A stretch of DNA of 64,000 nt from contig CAWAIF010000003.1 of the NCBI GenBank assembly GCA_963782055.1, forward strand, positions 480,001 to 544,000, in the 5' to 3' direction. The position numbers were made by a program, and so were the translations under genes. Positions 11,494 through 21,780 of this stretch are shown piece after piece. Position 1 is the first letter of the stretch; the number at the start of each line of letters is the position of its first letter. The stretch comes from an uncultured delta proteobacterium (GTDB lineage Bacteria > Myxococcota_A > Polyangia > Polyangiales > Polyangiaceae). The notes beneath the pieces are model-generated. The model worked only from the letters and a program-made list of their open reading frames with translations. It was not told the DNA's origin and searched no databases.

Positions 11494-14400
11494 TCAGAGG
11501 ATCCCGAACTCTTTCAGCCGGCGGTAGAACGTGCGCCGGGGAATGCCGGTGAGCTGCGCCGCCTTCACCCGGTTCCAGTTGCAGGCCTCCAGCGCGCGCA
11601 GGATGCGGTCTCGCTCCGAGCCCTTGAACTCCTCCTCGTTCTGGGCGAAGCGCGCCTGCCGCGAGGGCTGCGGGCGGCTCTGGTCGGGGAGCTGGAAGTC
11701 GCCGAGCACCAGCTCCTTCCCCTCGCCCATCAGCCACGCGTTGAGGAGCACGTGCTCGAGCTGCCGCACGTTGCCCGGCCACGAGTAGGCCGAGAGGCGT
11801 CGCAGGGCGTCGCGCTCCACCGATTTGCGCTCCCGCCTGTAGCGCGAGGAAAAGAGGGTGAGGAAGTGGTCGATGAGCGGGGGGATGTCCTCGCTGCGCT
11901 CGCGCAGCGCCGGGACGTGCAGCTCGATGACGTTCAGCCGGTAGTAGAGGTCCTCGCGGAAGGTTCCCTCGGCGACCATCTGCTCCAGGTCGCGGTTGGT
12001 GGCGGCGAGGACGCGGACGTCGACCGCCTCCTCCTTCTCGCCGCCGACGGGTCGCACCGTCCGCTCCTGCAGCACGCGCAGCAGGCCCGCCTGCATCTTG
12101 AGCGGCATCTCGCCGATCTCGTCGAGCAGCAGGGTGCCTCCCTCCGTCTCGCGGAAGAGGCCCTTGCGGTCGCGGTCGGCGCCGGTGAAGGCGCCGCGCA
12201 CGTGGCCGAACAGCTCGCTCTCCAGCAGGTTGGCGGGGATGGCGCCGCAGTTGACGCCGAGGAAGGGCTTCTTCGCGCGCGGGCCGGCCTGGTGGATGGC
12301 GCGCGCCACCACCTCCTTGCCGGTGCCGCTCTCGCCGGTGACGAGCGCCGGGACGTCGGTGTCCTTGATGCGATCGATGAGGGCGTAGACGCGGCGCATG
12401 GCGGCGCTGGTGCCGACCAGGCCCGCGTAGCCGAAGTGGCCGCGCAGCTCGGCGCGCGCCTGCTGCAGGTTGCGGCGCGTGGCGTGGAGCTGCTCGGTGC
12501 GGCGGCCGAGCGCGTCGGCGAGCCGCTCCTTCGCCGCCTCGAGCTCCCGGCCCTTCTGCTCCAGCTCGGCGTTGCGGCGCTCGTTCTCCTCCAGGAGGCG
12601 CGCGTTCTCGATGGCGATGGCCGCCTGATCGGCGAAGGCGGCGAGGGTGGGCAGCTCCTCCTGGAAGCGCAGGCCCGGACGCAGGCGCGTCTCGATGTAG
12701 AGCGCGCCGATGGGCCGGCCGAGCGGCGGCGCCCCGCGCACCGGCACGCAGGCGATGGACTGGATCATGAGCTGGTGCACGCTCACCGCGGACGCGAGGC
12801 GCTCGTCCTCGCGCGCCTTGATCGCGACGACGGGCTCGCCCGTGCGCACCACCTTCTCCGCCACCGACCGTGAGAACTGGGCGTGAGGGTCGTCACCCTC
12901 GCGATCGCGAGCGGCGTGCGCGAGCAGCTCGCCCTCCTCGTTGGCCAGGACGACGAAGCCGCGCTCGCCGCCGAGCAGCGCCAGCGCGTGGTCGGTCACC
13001 TTGCGCAGCAGATCGGGCAGGCGGCGCTCGGTGGCGAGCTCGCGCGTCACCTCCAGCACCCGCGCCAGCTTGTCCTCGGCGGGGCGCGGCAAGAACAGCG
13101 AGGTGGCGGCGCCATCGCTGGGGTGCGTGGTGGAGGCGCGGTGGCGCAGCGCGCGGCGGCGTGCGTCGTCCCAGAAGACCTCGCGAAGATCTCGCGGGAG
13201 GCGCGACGCGCTCTCCTCCAGCATGCCGAGCGCCGTGTCGACGTCCCGGCGCGCGAGGGAGAGGTTGCCCTGCGTCGCGTGCAGGCGCGCGCGCGCCTCC
13301 AGCGCCCACACCGCGCGCTCCTGGTGACCGGCGGCGGTGGACGCCTGCACCGACTCGTCGAGCGCGCGCTTGGCCGCTGCCTCGTCGCCCTGGTGTGTCG
13401 CCAGCACGCCGCGCACCAGCTGGGCGAGCGGCTCGTGCTCGCCGAAGCCGCCGTCGATCCCGGCGCGCAGGCCGTCCAGCTCGGCGAGCAGCTTCTCGGC
13501 TCGCGCGTCCTTCGCCTCCGCCCGCACCAGCAGGCCCTCGAGCCGTGCCTCCACCGCGTCCAGCGCGCGCCCCTGCGTCTCGTAGGCGGCCGCGCACTGT
13601 TCGTAGAGCGGCGCGGCGCGCGCCACGTCCCCGGTGCGGGCGGCGAGCTCCGCCTCGCACCCGGCGAGCTGCGCCAGCACCGGTGCCCCGAGCTCCCCCT
13701 CGCGGCGCAGCGCCTCGATGGCGGCGCGCGCCCGCGCGTGACGTCCGAGGTACAGGTCCAGGTTGACCAGGTTGAGGCGCGCCTGCGTGACGGCGAGCAG
13801 CCCGCCCGCGCGCCGCCCCAGGTCCACCGCCGCCTCCAGGTGGCCGAGGGCGGCGGCCGGGTCCCCCTCGGCGCGCGCGAGGGCCGCCAGGTTGAGGCGC
13901 GTGGCCGCGACCGTCGCCGCGTCGCGCGCCGCCTCCGCCGCCGCGAGCGCGCCCTCGTACGCGCGCTTCGCGTCCCCCTGCCGGCTCGCACGCTGGTGCA
14001 CGATCGCCAGCGACCCGAGAGCGATGCCCTCCACCCGGCGGTCGTTGGCGGCCCGCGCGAGGGCGACCGCGCGGGTGATCGCCTCGGTACCCTTGGCGTC
14101 GTCGCCCGTGAAGGCGAGCGCCAGGCCGAGCGTCGTCAGCGCCTCGGCGGCGGTGGAGTCCTCCGCGCCCGCGGCGGCCGCCTCGGCGTCGGCGCGCACG
14201 TCGGGGTAGCGCCCGGCGCGCAGAAGGGCTCGCGCGCGCGCCGCCGACCACGCGCGCCGCCGGGAGCCGCGCCGCGCCTCCGTCGCGACGGCGTCCAGCG
14301 CCTCCAGCGCCGCGCGCGCGTCGCCCCGACCGGTCGCGAGGCGCGAGCGCGCGATCGCCACGCGCACGGCGTCGTCGCCCGCGCCGCCGCCGGCTCGCGC

Positions 14401-15780
14401 CAGCTCGCGCTCCGCCTCGCCGACGTGGCCGCGGTCGATGAGCGACTCCACCTCGTCGAGCGACGCCGGGCCGCCGGACGTCTCCTCGCGGCCGAGCGCG
14501 GCGTCCACGTCGTCGGTGGACACGAGCGGGCGGCCTGCCAGCGCGCGCACCGCGGCGCGCAGCTTCCCCGGGCGCCCGCCGGTGCGCTTCACCAGGTGCG
14601 CGGCGAGCGTCTCGGAGAGGGACGGCATCGCGCGCACGAGGAGATCCCGCGCGACCGCGCCCTCCAGCGGGGGCACCTCGAAGACGCTCACCGGGCGTCC
14701 CAGCGCGCGCGCGGACTCCTCGCTCCCGGCGACCACGGCGCGCGCCCCCCGCGCGAGCGCCGCCCCGAGCTGCCCGCGCGTGGCCGCGTCCAGCGTCTCG
14801 GTGTCGTCCACCACCACCACGGCGTCCTTCGCCACGGGCGCGGCGCCGAGCGGCGGCGCCTCCACGACCGCCTTGCCCTCCACGCCCAGCGTCCACGCGA
14901 TGCGGCGCAGCAGCGTCGTCTTCCCCGCTCCCGGAGGCCCGGTGACGACGAGCACCTCACCCGGAGCCAGATCGCGCGCGGCGGCGATCAACCGCTGCGC
15001 GGGCGCGTCGATGCCGAGCACCGGCCACGCCGGCAGCTCCTCGCTCGGCCCGAGGCCCGCCGCGCGACGCAGCGCGCTCGCCAGCTCGCCGGTGCTCGGG
15101 TAGCGCCGCTTCGCGTCTTCCTCCCGCGCGCGCGCGGCCACCTTCTCCAGCGATCTGCGCGTCGCGACGGGCAGGTCGGCGCCCCGGCGCGCCAGTCCGT
15201 CGGCGAGCGTGGCGCCGAGCGCGTAGACCTCCGCGCGCACCGTGAGCGGCGCGCCCGCGAGCACCTCCGGCGCGGCGTACTTCGGCGTGAGGCCCACCGC
15301 CTGCGCGCCTCCCTCCCGCAGCGGGGTCGCCAGCCCGAGGTCCACCAGCGTCCCGCGCCGGTCCGGCCCGACGATCACGTTCGCCGGCTTGATGTCGCCG
15401 TGAAGCAGCCCCGCGCGGTGCAGCGCGGTGAGCTGCTCGGCCGCGTGCGCGAGCGGCTCCAGCCAGTCCGCCGCGCGCGCGTCGTCGTCGCCCACGACGT
15501 CCTCCAGGCTGCGCCCCTCCACCAGCTCGCGCACCAGGTAGCGGCGGCCGCCCTCCAGCGTGCCGAAGCCGATCACCTTCGGCACGCCGAGGCCTTCCAG
15601 TCCGGAGAGGGCGACCGCCTCGCGCACCAGGGCGTGGAGCTCCGCCGCGCCCGCGCCCTTGGCGAGCACCTTGAGCGCAGCGCGCTCCCCGCGGACCCGG
15701 TCGCGCACGGCCCACACTTCGCCGCCGCCCCCCTGGCCCAGGCGGTGCAGCGCCTCGTACCGACCCGGGAGGGAGAGCAA
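11494..15780 (-). CDS. Multidomain sigma54 activator: Ser/Thr kinase - P-loop NTPase - TPR - GAF - AAA+ - HTH
   Basis: LGQGGGGEV, ALK, HGDIKPANV, YAAPE; GPPGAGKTT; helical repeats; GAF (SIACVP...IGALYI); GESGTGKE, GAFTGA, WPGNVRQL; Fis-type HTH. Confidence 0.92.
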   Translation of the reverse strand: MLSLPGRYEALHRLGQGGGGEVWAVRDRVRGERAALKVLAKGAGAAELHALVREAVALSGLEGLGVPKVIGFGTLEGGRRYLVRELVEGRSLEDVVGDDDARAADWLEPLAHAAEQLTALHRAGLLHGDIKPANVIVGPDRRGTLVDLGLATPLREGGAQAVGLTPKYAAPEVLAGAPLTVRAEVYALGATLADGLARRGADLPVATRRSLEKVAARAREEDAKRRYPSTGELASALRRAAGLGPSEELPAWPVLGIDAPAQRLIAAARDLAPGEVLVVTGPPGAGKTTLLRRIAWTLGVEGKAVVEAPPLGAAPVAKDAVVVVDDTETLDAATRGQLGAALARGARAVVAGSEESARALGRPVSVFEVPPLEGAVARDLLVRAMPSLSETLAAHLVKRTGGRPGKLRAAVRALAGRPLVSTDDVDAALGREETSGGPASLDEVESLIDRGHVGEAERELARAGGGAGDDAVRVAIARSRLATGRGDARAALEALDAVATEARRGSRRRAWSAARARALLRAGRYPDVRADAEAAAAGAEDSTAAEALTTLGLALAFTGDDAKGTEAITRAVALARAANDRRVEGIALGSLAIVHQRASRQGDAKRAYEGALAAAEAARDAATVAATRLNLAALARAEGDPAAALGHLEAAVDLGRRAGGLLAVTQARLNLVNLDLYLGRHARARAAIEALRREGELGAPVLAQLAGCEAELAARTGDVARAAPLYEQCAAAYETQGRALDAVEARLEGLLVRAEAKDARAEKLLAELDGLRAGIDGGFGEHEPLAQLVRGVLATHQGDEAAAKRALDESVQASTAAGHQERAVWALEARARLHATQGNLSLARRDVDTALGMLEESASRLPRDLREVFWDDARRRALRHRASTTHPSDGAATSLFLPRPAEDKLARVLEVTRELATERRLPDLLRKVTDHALALLGGERGFVVLANEEGELLAHAARDREGDDPHAQFSRSVAEKVVRTGEPVVAIKAREDERLASAVSVHQLMIQSIACVPVRGAPPLGRPIGALYIETRLRPGLRFQEELPTLAAFADQAAIAIENARLLEENERRNAELEQKGRELEAAKERLADALGRRTEQLHATRRNLQQARAELRGHFGYAGLVGTSAAMRRVYALIDRIKDTDVPALVTGESGTGKEVVARAIHQAGPRAKKPFLGVNCGAIPANLLESELFGHVRGAFTGADRDRKGLFRETEGGTLLLDEIGEMPLKMQAGLLRVLQERTVRPVGGEKEEAVDVRVLAATNRDLEQMVAEGTFREDLYYRLNVIELHVPALRERSEDIPPLIDHFLTLFSSRYRRERKSVERDALRRLSAYSWPGNVRQLEHVLLNAWLMGEGKELVLGDFQLPDQSRPQPSRQARFAQNEEEFKGSERDRILRALEACNWNRVKAAQLTGIPRRTFYRRLKEFGIL

Positions 15781-16755
15781 CTACTTCTTCTTCAGCAGCG
15801 GCTCGAAGCCGAAGTACCCGCTGAGGTTCCAGAAGAAGCCGGTCAGCGAGAAGCCGATGTTGGTGCGCAGCTCGAGGGCCTTGATGGGCTTGAAGCGCAA
15901 GCCGAGCACCGGGAGGGTGAAGTCGATGAACATGCCCGGGACGCTGCCGCCGCCGAACCAGTTGGGCTCGGTGTGGCCGGGGTAGGTGCCGATCTTCTCC
16001 TCGCCCACCTTCGACCCGGAGTGGTTGCTGGCGTTGCAGCCAGCCGGGCCGGTGGTCTCGCACTGGTAGTAGACCGTGCCGCTCGAGCTCTTCTTGCTGT
16101 ACCAGCCGGGGTGCGACGAGTCGGTCGTCACCCAGGTGTCGTAGAGGTTGCCGAAGAGGAAGCCGATGCCGACGCCAAGGCCGTACTCGAAGTCGACGTA
16201 GCCCTTCTTGCTGATCGGCACCGACCACAGCAGGTCCAGCCCGCCGTAGATCCCCCAGAGGGTGGAGTGCACCATGCTCCAGTTGCCGGCGTCGCTGGCG
16301 TTCTTGCCCTTCTGGAGGAACAGCACCGGGTCGAAGCCGTACTCGGTGACGTTGAGCTTCGGCATCAGCGAGAAGTGGTCCTTGCGGATGTCGAGCTGGA
16401 GGCCGACGCTGTTGGTGTAGAAGGTCGCGCCCTCGTCCACGAAGAGGTTGACCATGAACTGCGGGACGATCGTCCCGCGGTAGTAGGCGCCCAGGAAGTA
16501 GTAGGTCTGGCCGGGCGTCTCGAGCACGTCCGACTCCGACTCGGTGGCCGCGGCCGTCGCCGGTGCCGCGGCGCCCTGGTTGGTCAGCCCAGCCTTGGGC
16601 ACGGTCGTCGCGGTGTTCACGGGGGCCGCGCTGTCGTCGCCGGCCGTCGCCGAAGCGTCGCCGCTGCCCGTCACATCCGTCCCCGTCTGCGCGAACGCCG
16701 GACCGGAGACGGCGAGCGCTGCGAGGACCACTGCCAAGCGAAGCCGACCGACCAT
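15781..16755 (-). CDS. Exported protein, probable outer-membrane beta-barrel
   Basis: Signal peptide ending AFA-Q; aromatic/Gly-rich alternating beta segments; ends ...NLSGYFGF. Confidence 0.65.
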   Translation of the reverse strand: MVGRLRLAVVLAALAVSGPAFAQTGTDVTGSGDASATAGDDSAAPVNTATTVPKAGLTNQGAAAPATAAATESESDVLETPGQTYYFLGAYYRGTIVPQFMVNLFVDEGATFYTNSVGLQLDIRKDHFSLMPKLNVTEYGFDPVLFLQKGKNASDAGNWSMVHSTLWGIYGGLDLLWSVPISKKGYVDFEYGLGVGIGFLFGNLYDTWVTTDSSHPGWYSKKSSSGTVYYQCETTGPAGCNASNHSGSKVGEEKIGTYPGHTEPNWFGGGSVPGMFIDFTLPVLGLRFKPIKALELRTNIGFSLTGFFWNLSGYFGFEPLLKKK

Positions 16756-16821
16756 GGTTACTCCTTGAGCGTGTGAGCTAACGCGTTTCCTGCCGCGCGA
16801 TGCGGCTCAGCCCGACAGACA

Positions 16822-16830
16822 TGCTACACT
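16822..16830 (+). promoter_or_regulatory. Putative extended -10 promoter element
   Basis: TGcTACACT 27 nt upstream of the GTG at 16858. Confidence 0.3.
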
Positions 16831-16857
16831 AACGAGCAGGTACGCTTCAGGTCTTTT

Positions 16858-17883
16858 GTGATCCTCCACGGACGTCTGGTCGACCAAGCCATCGACGGTC
16901 ACGAGCGCGCGACGTTCGTGAAGGAGGTGGTCGTCACCCGCGGCGCCGTACCCCTGGCGATGGTGCGCAAGCGTCTCGCCGACGGAGGCAAGGGCATCGC
17001 CGGCGGCGCGCGCGGTCCGGTCCTGCTGGTCCACGGCTTCGGGCAGAACCGTTACGCGTGGCACCTGCCCTCGCGCAGCTTCGTGAATTTCCTGGCACGG
17101 CTGGGCTTCGACGTCTTCAACCTCGACCTCCGCGGCCACGGCCGCTCGCGCCACTTCGGCACCAAGCGCTCGTCGAGCGTCAGCGACTACGTCGAGGAGG
17201 ATCTGCCCAACGCCGTGGAAGAGGTGCAGCGCATCGCCGGCGTGCGGCCGGTGTTCCTCGTCGGTCACTCCCTCGGCGGTCTGGTGAGCTACGCGGCCGC
17301 GCCCAAGCTGGAGGGCGCCGTCGCGGGGATCACCTCCATCGGCAGCCCGTATCACTTCACGCGCGGATCCATGTCGCTCGCCGCCATCGCGACCTTCGTG
17401 CGTCTCGCGACCACGCTCAACGTGCGACCCAACTCGCTGGTGCCGCTGCGGCCCGTCGGGCTCACCATGTCCACCTTCCGCCGCTTCGCCGAGAGCCCGC
17501 TCTACCCCGTGCCGTGGCGCGGCTGGCACAGGGGTGCGCTCGAGCCGCAAGTGCTGACCGAGCATCTGCGCCTCGCCTTCGACCGCGCCGGCCTGGGTGA
17601 GCTGGTGGACATGTTCGAGTGGGCCTCGGAGCGGCAGTTCGGCGGCAAGGAGCGCGACTACGCCGAGCGCTTCGAGGCGATGGACCTCCCGCTGCTCGTG
17701 GTGGCCGGCACCAAGGACGACCTGGCCCCGCCGCAGAGCGTGCGGCCCGGCTTCGCCGCGAGCCGATCGCACGACAAGACCTACCGCGCGCTGCCGCTCG
17801 GCCACATCGACCTGCTCGTCGGGCGCGACGCGCCCTCGTCCACCTGGCCGCTCGTCGGCGAGTGGATGAGCGCGCGGGCGTGA
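16858..17883 (+). CDS. Alpha/beta hydrolase
   Basis: LVHGFG oxyanion loop, DLRGHG, GHSLGG nucleophile elbow, DDLAP, GHIDL. Confidence 0.9.
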   Translation: MILHGRLVDQAIDGHERATFVKEVVVTRGAVPLAMVRKRLADGGKGIAGGARGPVLLVHGFGQNRYAWHLPSRSFVNFLARLGFDVFNLDLRGHGRSRHFGTKRSSSVSDYVEEDLPNAVEEVQRIAGVRPVFLVGHSLGGLVSYAAAPKLEGAVAGITSIGSPYHFTRGSMSLAAIATFVRLATTLNVRPNSLVPLRPVGLTMSTFRRFAESPLYPVPWRGWHRGALEPQVLTEHLRLAFDRAGLGELVDMFEWASERQFGGKERDYAERFEAMDLPLLVVAGTKDDLAPPQSVRPGFAASRSHDKTYRALPLGHIDLLVGRDAPSSTWPLVGEWMSARA

Positions 17884-17915
17884 CGGCGGGGACGCGGCGT
17901 CGTACGTTCTGCCGG

Positions 17916-18515
17916 ATGCGCAAGCTCGCCGTCGCGCTGCTCCTCCTGGCCGCCTGCGGTCCGGCCGCGCCGCCGCCGCCGGCCCCCCCGGCCACCGCCC
18001 CGAGCTGGAAGCCGAACGGGCACGAGGGCGACGCCGTTCGCCGCGTGAGCCTCCGCCCGGGCGGCACCGTGCGCGAGGCCGCCGCCGACATCGGCCAGGG
18101 CGAGTGTCCGGACGCCGTCTTCGTGTGGGGCGACGTCAACGCCGACCGCGCCATCACCAGGCCCGTCATCCTCTCCGTCGGCACGGCCGAGCTGGTGAAG
18201 GGCTTCATCCTCTGCGAGCGCGACATGACCGCCTTCCTCCGCGCGCAGACGCAGAACCCCAGGCTCAAGGCCGGCCACGGCGGCACCGCCGACCTGCGCT
18301 ACGCCGAGGGGCAGCTCGTCATGCACCGCCGGTGGTCGGCGGGCCTGATCCCCATGGGCGACATGTCCACCATCCCCGACGGCGTCTTCCAGAAGGGCGA
18401 GGTGCTCGCCGCGCTCATCGAGGTGGAGCACCTGAGCGATCCCGCCGCCACCCTGCTGCGCGCCCTCCCCAACGTGCCGAAGGCCTTCCTCTTCGGCATG
18501 TGGCCGCTTCACTAG
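17916..18515 (+). CDS. Hypothetical lipoprotein
   Basis: MRKLAVALLLLAA-C lipobox, Pro linker, globular domain. Confidence 0.7.
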   Translation: MRKLAVALLLLAACGPAAPPPPAPPATAPSWKPNGHEGDAVRRVSLRPGGTVREAAADIGQGECPDAVFVWGDVNADRAITRPVILSVGTAELVKGFILCERDMTAFLRAQTQNPRLKAGHGGTADLRYAEGQLVMHRRWSAGLIPMGDMSTIPDGVFQKGEVLAALIEVEHLSDPAATLLRALPNVPKAFLFGMWPLH

Positions 18516-20146
18516 CCCTCGCTGCCGGCCAGGGCGGCGAGGATCTTCTCCTTGCCGCGGCGCAGCCGCCGATCGCCGCCGGAACCGAGCGCGCGGTGGA
18601 AGAGCGCGGCGAGCGCGAGCAGGCCGGCCGTGATCGGCACGAGCAACGCGGGAGCGTAGTGCATGGCGGCCACGTAGGTGCCGCCCAGCAGAAGCCCGCC
18701 GGCGATGGACAGCCCGAGGCCGACGAAGACCAGCCCGATGGGCGTCGCGTTGCCCCGCACGCTGCGGCGCGGGAGCATGCGCGGCATCCACACGCTGGTG
18801 CGTCGCCCCACGCCGTTCTGCACGAAGACGAGCGCGGCGAAGACGAGGACACCCCCGATCACCTGCACCACCGGCGTGTGCCGGAGCCAGAGCATGAGCC
18901 CCGCCAGGAGCGCCGCCTGGATGGCGTGGTAGCCCGCGAAGCCGACGGCCTTGCCACGCCACAGATCCCGCTCGGCGATGGGCAGGAGAAACAGGCACTT
19001 CACGCCGTGGCCATCCAGGCCGAACTGGTTGAGCTGGAACTGGTTGCCGACGAGCGCCACGTAGACGAAGGCGCTGGGGACGGTCCACGCGCTCTGCCCC
19101 ACCACCTGCGCGAGCGGTCCGCGCACCAGCACCAGCACGATGAGCGGCACCACCAGCCCGAAGCGACCGATGCGGCTGCCCATCACGCTGGCGAACTGGA
19201 GCCGCGCCACGCCCTCCCACGGCGCGCCGAAGGACCACGCCCTCGCCGGGCGCCCCTCGCCGGTGAAGTCGCCGCGGGCCTCTCGCGAGAGCAGCCGGGC
19301 GGCCCACACCGAGGCGAGCAGCAAGATGGTTGCAGGATACACGTGAAGCAGCAGCGCCTTCCCCGCCGCGCCGCTGGCCCACGCGTGCACCGATCGCGCG
19401 CCGAAGGTCGTGGGAAGCGCCGCGGCGATCTTGCGCAGCGGCTCGAGGAGCCGCGTGAGCGCCGCCACGCGCGCCGGGGCGAGCGGGTCGTCGCCCGCCG
19501 CCTTCATCTCCGCCGGGATCATCGCGGTCAGCGCGATCCCCAGCCAGCCGGCGAGGGCGAGCAGGCCGAGCGCGACGCGCAGCCGGCGCACCGCGCGCTC
19601 GGCGAGGCTGCCGACCAGGATCTGCGCCACCAGCACGCCGAGCACACCCTCGACCAGCAGGAGCACCAGCATGGGCGTGGACGCGGGCACCGCGATGCCC
19701 ACCCCGACGAGCAGGCACGCCGTCGCGACGCCCAGCACGATGGGGACGAGGTCGGCGGCGCCGGCGAGCAGCTCGGCGAGGAAGAGGGTGCGCACGCGCA
19801 CCGGGTAGGTGCGGTAGCTCTCCCACGTGAGCTGCCGCGCCCCGCCCAGCGTGCCGCTCAGCGCGCCGCCCACCGCCGACGCCCCGAAGAGCACCGCGCC
19901 GAGGAGCGTCTGCGCGTTGGGGTTGGCGATGGACTTCCCGAGGAACCACCCCACACCCAGCATCATCGTCCAGAGCGGCAAAAGGAAGGTGGTGACGAGC
20001 AGCAAGATGAGCACCGCCACCAGCCACACGCCGGAGCGGCCCATCTCGCGCACCGCGCGGTTCTTGGTGGCGGTGGCGTGGGCGACCACGAGCGCGCGGA
20101 AGGCCCGCGGCCGCGGCGGCCCGTCCTGCGCGCCGCCCGCCGTCAC
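18512..20146 (-). CDS. ABC transporter permease (multi-TM)
   Basis: About 12 hydrophobic segments; GTGA overlap with the ABC ATPase stop. Confidence 0.75.
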   Translation of the reverse strand: MTAGGAQDGPPRPRAFRALVVAHATATKNRAVREMGRSGVWLVAVLILLLVTTFLLPLWTMMLGVGWFLGKSIANPNAQTLLGAVLFGASAVGGALSGTLGGARQLTWESYRTYPVRVRTLFLAELLAGAADLVPIVLGVATACLLVGVGIAVPASTPMLVLLLVEGVLGVLVAQILVGSLAERAVRRLRVALGLLALAGWLGIALTAMIPAEMKAAGDDPLAPARVAALTRLLEPLRKIAAALPTTFGARSVHAWASGAAGKALLLHVYPATILLLASVWAARLLSREARGDFTGEGRPARAWSFGAPWEGVARLQFASVMGSRIGRFGLVVPLIVLVLVRGPLAQVVGQSAWTVPSAFVYVALVGNQFQLNQFGLDGHGVKCLFLLPIAERDLWRGKAVGFAGYHAIQAALLAGLMLWLRHTPVVQVIGGVLVFAALVFVQNGVGRRTSVWMPRMLPRRSVRGNATPIGLVFVGLGLSIAGGLLLGGTYVAAMHYAPALLVPITAGLLALAALFHRALGSGGDRRLRRGKEKILAALAGSEG

Positions 20147-20889
20147 AGCCACGAGAGCTCCCCCGTGCGCGCGCCACCCACCAGCTCCACGAAGGTGGTC
20201 TCCAGCGACGCGTTCTGTCCGCGCAGCTCCTCCAGCGAGCCGGCGCCGAGCAGCTTGCCCCTGTCCAGGATGGCGATCTCCGGACACAGCCGCTCGACGA
20301 TCTCCAGGATGTGGCTGGTGAGCACCAGCGTGGTACCGCGCCGCTGCAGCCCCAGGAGAATGTCCTTGATGGTGCGGCTGGTGACCGGGTCGATCCCCTC
20401 GAAGGGCTCGTCCAGGAAGATCACCCTCGGGCCGTGCAGCAGCGCCGCCGAGAGCGCCACCTTCTTCTTCATGCCGAAGCTGTAGTCGCCGAGGAGCGTG
20501 CGCGGGCCGGGCGCCAGGTCCAGCTTCTCGAAGAGCTCCTTCTGCCGGGCGTCGATGACGTCGTCCTCCAGGCCGTACATGCGCCCGACGAAGCGCAGGT
20601 ACTGCGGGCCGGTGAGCATCTCCAGCAGCGCCATGTCCTCCGGCATCACGCCGATGCGCCGCTTCACCGCAATCGGGTCCTTCGCCAGGTCGATGCCGAG
20701 CACCTGGATGGAGCCCGCGGTGGGCTCGACGAGCCCCGTCAGCATCTTCAGCGTGGTGGACTTGCCCGCGCCGTTGCGGCCGAGCAGCCCGAGGAAGGTG
20801 CCCTCCGGCACCGAAAGCGAGAGGTCGTCCACCGCGACCTTCTCCCCGAAGCGCTTGGTCACGTGATCGAGGACGATGGCCGCGGCCAT
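20143..20889 (-). CDS. ABC transporter ATP-binding protein
   Basis: GRNGAGKST, YSFGMKKK signature variant, FLDEPFEGID, TSH switch. Confidence 0.95.
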   Translation of the reverse strand: MAAAIVLDHVTKRFGEKVAVDDLSLSVPEGTFLGLLGRNGAGKSTTLKMLTGLVEPTAGSIQVLGIDLAKDPIAVKRRIGVMPEDMALLEMLTGPQYLRFVGRMYGLEDDVIDARQKELFEKLDLAPGPRTLLGDYSFGMKKKVALSAALLHGPRVIFLDEPFEGIDPVTSRTIKDILLGLQRRGTTLVLTSHILEIVERLCPEIAILDRGKLLGAGSLEELRGQNASLETTFVELVGGARTGELSWL

Positions 20890-20891
20890 GG

Positions 20892-21716
20892 CTACGCGGG
20901 CGTCCCGGAGACGACGAGGTCGAGCAGGGCCGCCGGCGCGTCGACGTGCACCCAGTGGCCCGCGCCGGGGACGATGTGGAAAAACACCCGGTGCGGCGCG
21001 ACCAGGGCAGCGCGCTGCGCGCGCGCGCGGTCACCGGAGTCCAGCACCGAGGAGTCGCCGCCCGCGACCAGGTGCACCGCCACGCGCCCCGCGCGCGACT
21101 CCACCATCGCCCACTCGTCGGTCGCGAAGTAGTCGTCCAGGAGCGCCTTGATGCCCCCCATGTCCGCCCGCCACTCGTAGCCCGCGCCGTCCTTCGCGGC
21201 CTTGACCGACATGGCGAGCCACATCGCCGTCGGCCGGTCGACCCCTTGACCCGTCACGTATGCCAAAAAGTCCTCGCGCCGCGCGAAGCGAGCGGGGAGC
21301 GTCTCGAGCAGGCGCACGATCCGGATGGTCGCGTCCGATCCGCGCGCGTCCGGCCGGGCGCTGGGCGTGGAGTCGATGACCCACGCCACCTCCAGGTCGC
21401 GCCGCTCGCGCAGGTACTCCAGCGCCACCTTGCCGCCGAAGCTGTGGCCGAGCACGCCGCCGACCGGGCCGATCTCCGCCTCGAGGGCGCGCAGGTCCGC
21501 CGCGCAGGCGGCGAGGGTGTGCGGCGGGGGAAAATCCTGCGAGGCGCCGTGCAGCCGCAGGTCGACGAGGACCGCGCCCCAGCCGGGCCGCGCCGCCACG
21601 ACCTGCTTGGCGAAGGTGCGCCAGTTGGCGCCGCTCCCGAGGATGCCGTGCAACAAGAGCATCCAGCGGGAAGGGGCGGCGCCTTCCGCGCGGACCAGCG
21701 CGTGAGCCAGGACCAC
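20892..21716 (-). CDS. Alpha/beta hydrolase (YbfF/ABHD11-like esterase)
   Basis: LLHGILGSGANW, DLRLHG, GHSFGGKVA, GAGHWVHVD. Confidence 0.88.
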   Translation of the reverse strand: MVLAHALVRAEGAAPSRWMLLLHGILGSGANWRTFAKQVVAARPGWGAVLVDLRLHGASQDFPPPHTLAACAADLRALEAEIGPVGGVLGHSFGGKVALEYLRERRDLEVAWVIDSTPSARPDARGSDATIRIVRLLETLPARFARREDFLAYVTGQGVDRPTAMWLAMSVKAAKDGAGYEWRADMGGIKALLDDYFATDEWAMVESRAGRVAVHLVAGGDSSVLDSGDRARAQRAALVAPHRVFFHIVPGAGHWVHVDAPAALLDLVVSGTPA

Positions 21717-21780
21717 GAGGCCGGACCTTAGCACGCGGCGCGGACGGCTTCGGCCGGCGCCTGTGCTATGCGTGCACCCC

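Noticed and set aside
12883..16776. 1297-aa plus-strand ORF and similar long Arg/Ala/Gly-rich ORFs across the window
   Set aside because: Antisense or off-frame shadows of well-supported genes; stop codons are scarce at this GC content
16858..17883. Hydrolase as PHA synthase PhaC
   Set aside because: The nucleophile is Ser (GHSLGG), not the PhaC Cys, and no phaE/phaA/phaB genes are adjacent
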